10,461 nt of DNA from Candidatus Nanohalobium sp. (GTDB lineage Archaea; Nanohalarchaeota; Nanosalinia; Nanosalinales; Nanosalinaceae), in assembly GCA_042217555.1 (NCBI GenBank), contig JBDGSL010000049.1, positions 1-10,461 on the forward strand. The letters run 5' to 3'. The notes under the pieces were generated by a model. That model saw nothing but the letters and a program-made list of their open reading frames with translations. It had not been told where the DNA came from and did not search any database. Position numbers and translations under genes: made by a program. Below, piece by piece: positions 6,370 through 10,461 of this stretch (its first letter is position 1; each line of letters opens with the position of its first letter).

Positions 6370-8478
6370 TTATACTTCCTTATACGGTATTCTGAAGTGA
6401 CCTTCGATATTGTTTGGTATGTGGGCCGGTGCTGGCATGTAGCCTTCTACTCCCCCGATTTTGTCCTGGTTTTCTCTGAGGAACTGTTCGATCTCTCTTT
6501 CTCTGTCCATGATATTGTCGCGGCCCAGGAAACCCATTCTGACGACGTAGGGTGCTTCTCCGTCGAGTTCTGCTTCATACATCTCCTCAAATGAACCTAG
6601 TTTAACTGTCTCCATCGAATCAAAGTTGGGTGTTTCTCCATCCACAACCTGGTGTTTCGGCCTCATCTGAGTAATGTAAACTTCTCCGTCATCTACTGCG
6701 TACTCGAGGTCGATATCTCCGAAAGTTTCATGCAGTTGCTCCAGGTCTTCTGCCATTCCTTCTATCGAAGTTCCTTCTACAAGTGCCTGGATTGTATCTT
6801 CTTCGTATATCTCTCCTTCTCCTTCTACTGCATTTTCAGCGTCTTCGGCCTCCGTAATGGAGTAACTTTCATCAGTGAGGTGTACGACGCCTCCTCTCTC
6901 GTGCTCTATTGCATCCTGAAGTATCACGCTTATTCCTCCGCTATGTGTCATGCCTTTGTCTTCACGGGCATTGACTGCTTTCTCGGAGAAGTAGCTTTTG
7001 ACAACCTCTCTAACCGCTTGCTCAGGGTTTCCGTCGGCGTGGAATGATTCGTATGTACCGGCAAAGTTGGAGGCTCCATCCTCGCCGTACATACTGGAAC
7101 GAACAATAACATCTTCATCAAGATCATCTACAAGTTCACTGACATCTATACCATCTATCCTATCGACTATCTCCTGCCTTCTATCCTCCTCCATTTCGAA
7201 GACATCTTCTTCAACCAAGTCCTGTACACCAGCTTCCTCAAGCATCTGTTCAACTCCAACCGAGGAGATAACCCTTCCATCTGCTACCTCATAATCGAGA
7301 TCCAGGGCTTCTCTGGCATCATCCAGAAGCTTGAGGCCTTTCCACTTCCCACCTACAAGACCGGTGTACATCGCAGGATCATCAAGAGTGAACTCTGCAT
7401 ACTCTCTACGGCCCTCCTCAAGCTCCTCATCTATCTTCTGCTCCCATTTCCTGACAGAGTCCTGGAACTCTCTGCTGTCTCCGAGATCCGCGTTGACCTC
7501 TACCTCCTCATCCAGCATCAGGGAAAGCGCCAAGCCTTTCGGAGATGTCGCATCACCTATCTCATCCAGATCCTCATGCAAATCCGATCCCTCTGTCCTT
7601 CTCATTGCATCCTTGGCTGGAGCACAGATACTGTCATACTGGTCGCCCTCCGGACCTCCCTCCTTGATGTTGAGAGGCATCCAGTTGTGGAACCGGATAA
7701 AGGTGTTGTAGAACTTTCCGAACTCAGCGTTAGTATCAAACCTTGCGTTCGCCAGATCATCTATCACTTCTGCGGAATCCTCCAGAAAACCTTCATCGTA
7801 GTCTCCCTGTCCATGGATATGGTCGAGGACATCGACAGCATGATCTACCTGCTCAAAGTCTCTTTCAACTACTGAGGAGAGCTTGAGAGCAGTGCGCGTC
7901 CACTCCTCATCTCCCATATTTTCTCTAAGTGCCGGCAGCACTGTCTCCAGGCTGTCCAGTCCTCCTGCAACCATCGAAGCATCTTCACCGTTCAGGAATG
8001 GATTAACTTCCTCTGCATCGCCACCTACTAAACCTTCAATACCGTAGAAATCCGAGAGATGCTTCCAACCAGCCGTAAACTTCCCAAGCTTCTCCTCGAT
8101 CGCTTCCCGTTCGTCCATCTCTGCGATTACATTATCGTCTACATAGACATCTGCCAGAAGAACATCCATCATTTCCTTACTGAGGCCTGGATTATCTTCC
8201 ATCCTATCGTAGAAATCATCTACCAGTTTCTCCGCAGCCTCATTGTTCGCCAGTTCGTCTGCAAAGCTTGTACCATTTTCCTCTGCAGCCTGCATCACCT
8301 CATCAAACAGTTGTTCCTGGCCTGTCATTGAGAACGGCATAGAATAGTACTCGAACCGTTTGAAAACCCCTGTTTCCTCTCCATCAAGATTTACAGTAAA
8401 CTCGTCGTCTTCCCTGTCTCCGAAGACATTACCTTCCGGAAGACTTCTTAAACGGTTCTGATTGTTATCTAAAGACAT
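6370..8478 (-). CDS. Orphan PEP-synthase/PPDK-like dikinase: unknown acidic N-terminal region, ATP-grasp (PPDK_N-type) domain and degenerate phospho-His domain
   Basis: From about residue 374: LVGGKWKGL, VIVRSSMYGEDGASNFAGTYESF, VVKSYFSEKAV, ISVILQDAI, GGVV, DLEYAVDDGEVYITQMRP. The C-terminus GYMPAPAHIPNNIEGHFRIP resembles the GGxTSHxAIxARExGIP swivel motif. No pyruvate-binding barrel follows. Confidence 0.8.
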   Translation of the reverse strand: MSLDNNQNRLRSLPEGNVFGDREDDEFTVNLDGEETGVFKRFEYYSMPFSMTGQEQLFDEVMQAAEENGTSFADELANNEAAEKLVDDFYDRMEDNPGLSKEMMDVLLADVYVDDNVIAEMDEREAIEEKLGKFTAGWKHLSDFYGIEGLVGGDAEEVNPFLNGEDASMVAGGLDSLETVLPALRENMGDEEWTRTALKLSSVVERDFEQVDHAVDVLDHIHGQGDYDEGFLEDSAEVIDDLANARFDTNAEFGKFYNTFIRFHNWMPLNIKEGGPEGDQYDSICAPAKDAMRRTEGSDLHEDLDEIGDATSPKGLALSLMLDEEVEVNADLGDSREFQDSVRKWEQKIDEELEEGRREYAEFTLDDPAMYTGLVGGKWKGLKLLDDAREALDLDYEVADGRVISSVGVEQMLEEAGVQDLVEEDVFEMEEDRRQEIVDRIDGIDVSELVDDLDEDVIVRSSMYGEDGASNFAGTYESFHADGNPEQAVREVVKSYFSEKAVNAREDKGMTHSGGISVILQDAIEHERGGVVHLTDESYSITEAEDAENAVEGEGEIYEEDTIQALVEGTSIEGMAEDLEQLHETFGDIDLEYAVDDGEVYITQMRPKHQVVDGETPNFDSMETVKLGSFEEMYEAELDGEAPYVVRMGFLGRDNIMDREREIEQFLRENQDKIGGVEGYMPAPAHIPNNIEGHFRIPYKEV

Positions 8479-8566
8479 CTGCCCACTGATGTAGTAACTG
8501 TCTAATAGTTAAATAATCCTGGCCTGAGCAGCAGAGACTTAACAATCAGGAGGGAAAACCGTTAGC

Positions 8567-9433
8567 GTGAAAGTAGTATGCATAACCGATGTACACGGCT
8601 ATCTTGACGAGGCCCTGAACGCCCTTCAAGAGCTTGAAGATAGGACAGAACTCCGGTTACTCGGCGACAGAGAATGGAGATCCGAGCACAAACTTGTCCT
8701 AAACGGAGACATGTTCGACAGAGGAAGCCAGAATAGGGAAAGCCTGGAATGGGCTCTGGAAAACGCAGACGTCTACAATATAGGGAACCACGAGTTCTTT
8801 GCGCTATTCCCGTATGTCACAGAAGACTTCATGAGCGAATCATACTTTGAGGCCCACGGCGAAAACGGACTCTACTGGAGAAACATGGACGAAGAAGTTA
8901 GACACTCCCTAATAGAGGCCGTAGCCAATGGAAAAATCACAGCAGGATTCAAACAGTACAACTACACCTACAGCCACTCAGGAATCAGAAAATCCTACCC
9001 CGAACTTTCACAGATGAACAAAAAACTACAGAAAACAGGGAAAAAACTGCTGGAAGCCCATAGAGAAGCATTAGAAGGAGACTACAGCAGATATGAAAAA
9101 GCACAGAAAGAGATCGTCAAAGCAGTAGACACAGAGCACGGTAAAGAACTGGAAAGCAAACATCCATCACTCTTCAACGTAAAAAGAAACAGCAAAGGAG
9201 AGACAACCAAAGGCGGAGTAGTATGGAACCGCTTCCAACACCTAAAACCAGAAGGAAAACAGGTAATAGGCCACACAAGAGGAAACTACCTCAAACAAAA
9301 AGGCCTCAAACCAAACCCACAATGGAAAAGCCAGACACTGAACATAAACACAATAAGAGACGCAGTCAACGGAGAATCAAAAATAGCAGCGACAGTAGAA
9401 GACAAAAAAGGAATAGAAATCTACGAACTATAA
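8567..9433 (+). CDS. Calcineurin-like metallophosphoesterase (PPP-type)
   Basis: All motifs are present in order: DVHG, GDMFDRG, GNHE, SHSG, IGHT. GTG start with GGAGG and CTTAAC upstream. Confidence 0.9.
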   Translation: MKVVCITDVHGYLDEALNALQELEDRTELRLLGDREWRSEHKLVLNGDMFDRGSQNRESLEWALENADVYNIGNHEFFALFPYVTEDFMSESYFEAHGENGLYWRNMDEEVRHSLIEAVANGKITAGFKQYNYTYSHSGIRKSYPELSQMNKKLQKTGKKLLEAHREALEGDYSRYEKAQKEIVKAVDTEHGKELESKHPSLFNVKRNSKGETTKGGVVWNRFQHLKPEGKQVIGHTRGNYLKQKGLKPNPQWKSQTLNINTIRDAVNGESKIAATVEDKKGIEIYEL

Positions 9434-9520
9434 CTCCAAAGCCATTCGCTGGCCAGATTCTTCTTTCTCACATGCAAAACACATGGAATCGGCTCCAGCC
9501 CAGTAAGAGGCTTCAACCAG

Positions 9521-9542
9521 GAGAAATTAGCTGAGAAATTAG
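9521..9542. repeat. 10-bp direct repeat in an intergenic region
   Basis: GAGAAATTAG-CT-GAGAAATTAG. Confidence 0.5.
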
Positions 9543-9689
9543 ATTTAAAGAGAGTGAAAGGCCTATCCTAATCTTCCCGATCAGATATCCAAAGGAAGAA
9601 GACAGAGATTGGAGAAGGAATAGGGAAGAAATTTTTGATGTCCTGTAGTATTGGGTACGTTTTTAACGATTGACAGATACCGTTTCAAT

Positions 9690-9839
9690 ATGCCAAAGAC
9701 TGTAGAAAAACCAGAAGACAGGGATACAGAAGAACTTCTGGAAAGATTTAAGAGGTCAGCTAAGGAAGCTGTGGAAGGCAAGACCTCTAAAATAGGAGAG
9801 GTCAAAGACCGGATTGAAGGAAAGAAACAGGATCACTAA
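9690..9839 (+). CDS. Small charged protein, antitoxin-like (49 aa)
   Basis: MPKTVEKPEDRDTEELLERFKRSAKEAVEGKTSKIGEVKDRI resembles the ELLERIxRSxxExxEGKTxxLEEV tail of RelB/Phd-type antitoxins. TTTTTAAC lies about 28 nt upstream of ATG 9690, which favours this start over TTG 9651. Confidence 0.55.
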   Translation: MPKTVEKPEDRDTEELLERFKRSAKEAVEGKTSKIGEVKDRIEGKKQDH

Positions 9840-10140
9840 TCTTCCTAGTCAACTTTTTGGCCTCTTTCTTGGTCAGCACCATCAAACAGTAAATCTTGTT
9901 ATCAGCCTTCTCATCGAGATATTTTCCTTCTAGAAACCACGCTCTGAAGTCACGGCCAAGATTCATCTGCAGAACAGGATTCATATTCCCGGAAAGATAC
10001 TTGTCAAGAGCCTGCTCCGGAGAAGCACCGATACCAAGATTCTTCTCAACAGACTCAACTTTACTGTAAAAGGTATCTCTAACCTTTCCCGAAAAACGTT
10101 CCAGATCCTCTTCCGCAGTCTCAGTGACCTCAATCTCCAT
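9802..10140 (-). CDS. Putative RelE/ParE-superfamily toxin-like protein
   Basis: 112 aa. The N-terminus MEIEVTETAEEDLERF...VRDTFYSKVESV and later strands LQMNLGRDFRAWF...KIYCLMVLTK follow the RelE/ParE layout. Confidence 0.6.
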   Translation of the reverse strand: MEIEVTETAEEDLERFSGKVRDTFYSKVESVEKNLGIGASPEQALDKYLSGNMNPVLQMNLGRDFRAWFLEGKYLDEKADNKIYCLMVLTKKEAKKLTRKISDPVSFLQSGL

Positions 10141-10158
10141 AGATTACCTTTTACTATC

Positions 10159-10461
10159 TCAATATGAACTGAGAGATTTCTTAAACTCTTTAGCATTTCC
10201 CAGATGCTCTTCTACTGTCTCGTCGTTCATCCTGTTCAAGGTTGAGGTCATGAAGCTCATCCTCTGGATGTCAGAAATCTTCTCCCTGTGTTTCCTGATG
10301 AAGTTCCAGTAGAGGCCGTCCCAGTAATCTTCCCATTCTCCGCTTTGGTAGTGGCTCATTTTGTTGATGTAGTTTGAGGATGAGATGTAGGGTTTGGTCA
10401 TCATGTTTGTGTAGGCGTACTGGCTCATGCCGTAGATGTTCGGCACCATCACCCAGTCGTA
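10159..10461 (-). CDS. Cryptochrome/photolyase family protein, prokaryotic (6-4) photolyase (COG3046-like) type; 3' end only
   Basis: The frame is open from the window edge: YDWVMVPNIYGMSQYA...MTKPYISSSNYINKMSHY...WDGLYWNFIRKHRE...QRM. Confidence 0.9.
   Translation of the reverse strand, partial: YDWVMVPNIYGMSQYAYTNMMTKPYISSSNYINKMSHYQSGEWEDYWDGLYWNFIRKHREKISDIQRMSFMTSTLNRMNDETVEEHLGNAKEFKKSLSSY

Noticed and set aside
6397..8331. Several plus-strand ORFs inside the dikinase gene, and similar antisense ORFs over mscS, the permease and nth
   Set aside because: These are Ser/Phe/Leu-rich shadows of acidic or hydrophobic sense-strand genes, with no motifs of their own.
6370..8478. Calling the 702-aa protein ppsA or ppdK
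   Set aside because: It lacks the C-terminal PEP/pyruvate-binding barrel, has a non-canonical His motif, and carries an extra N-terminal region.
9434..9650. Intergenic region as a possible ncRNA or small CxxC ORF (MCFACEKEESGQRMALEL on the minus strand)
   Set aside because: The ORF is very short, pairing is weak and imperfect, and no tRNA or other known RNA pattern is recognisable. Only the 10-bp direct repeat is retained.
1..10461. CRISPR array, tRNA/rRNA, transposase or integrase
   Set aside because: I found no regularly spaced repeats, cloverleaf or rRNA-like sequence, or recombinase motifs.

Overview
Archaeal chromosomal segment, most consistent with a halophilic DPANN (Nanohaloarchaeota-like) organism. 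This is inferred from the acidic proteins, moderate GC and TATA boxes about 30 nt ahead of near-leaderless starts. In order it holds: the 5' part of a glutamyl-tRNA synthetase gene with an out-of-frame internal deletion that removes the HIGH-motif region; a small MscS-type channel; a DUF318-type permease with an internal YHS metal-binding domain; one or two tiny membrane-protein ORFs; a translationally coupled operon of five divergent DUF2178-like membrane proteins plus an XRE-family HTH regulator, with a perfect palindromic operator at its start; endonuclease III; an unannotated nitroreductase pseudogene; an orphan 702-aa PEP-synthase/PPDK-like dikinase divergent from a calcineurin-like metallophosphoesterase; a convergent RelE-like/antitoxin-like gene pair; and the 3' end of a (6-4) photolyase-family gene. 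The most notable points are the dikinase/phosphatase module, the five-paralogue membrane array, and a shared 23-bp hairpin element with a compensatory base change inserted in-frame in both gltX and nth. All family calls come from motif recognition by eye, not database searches.
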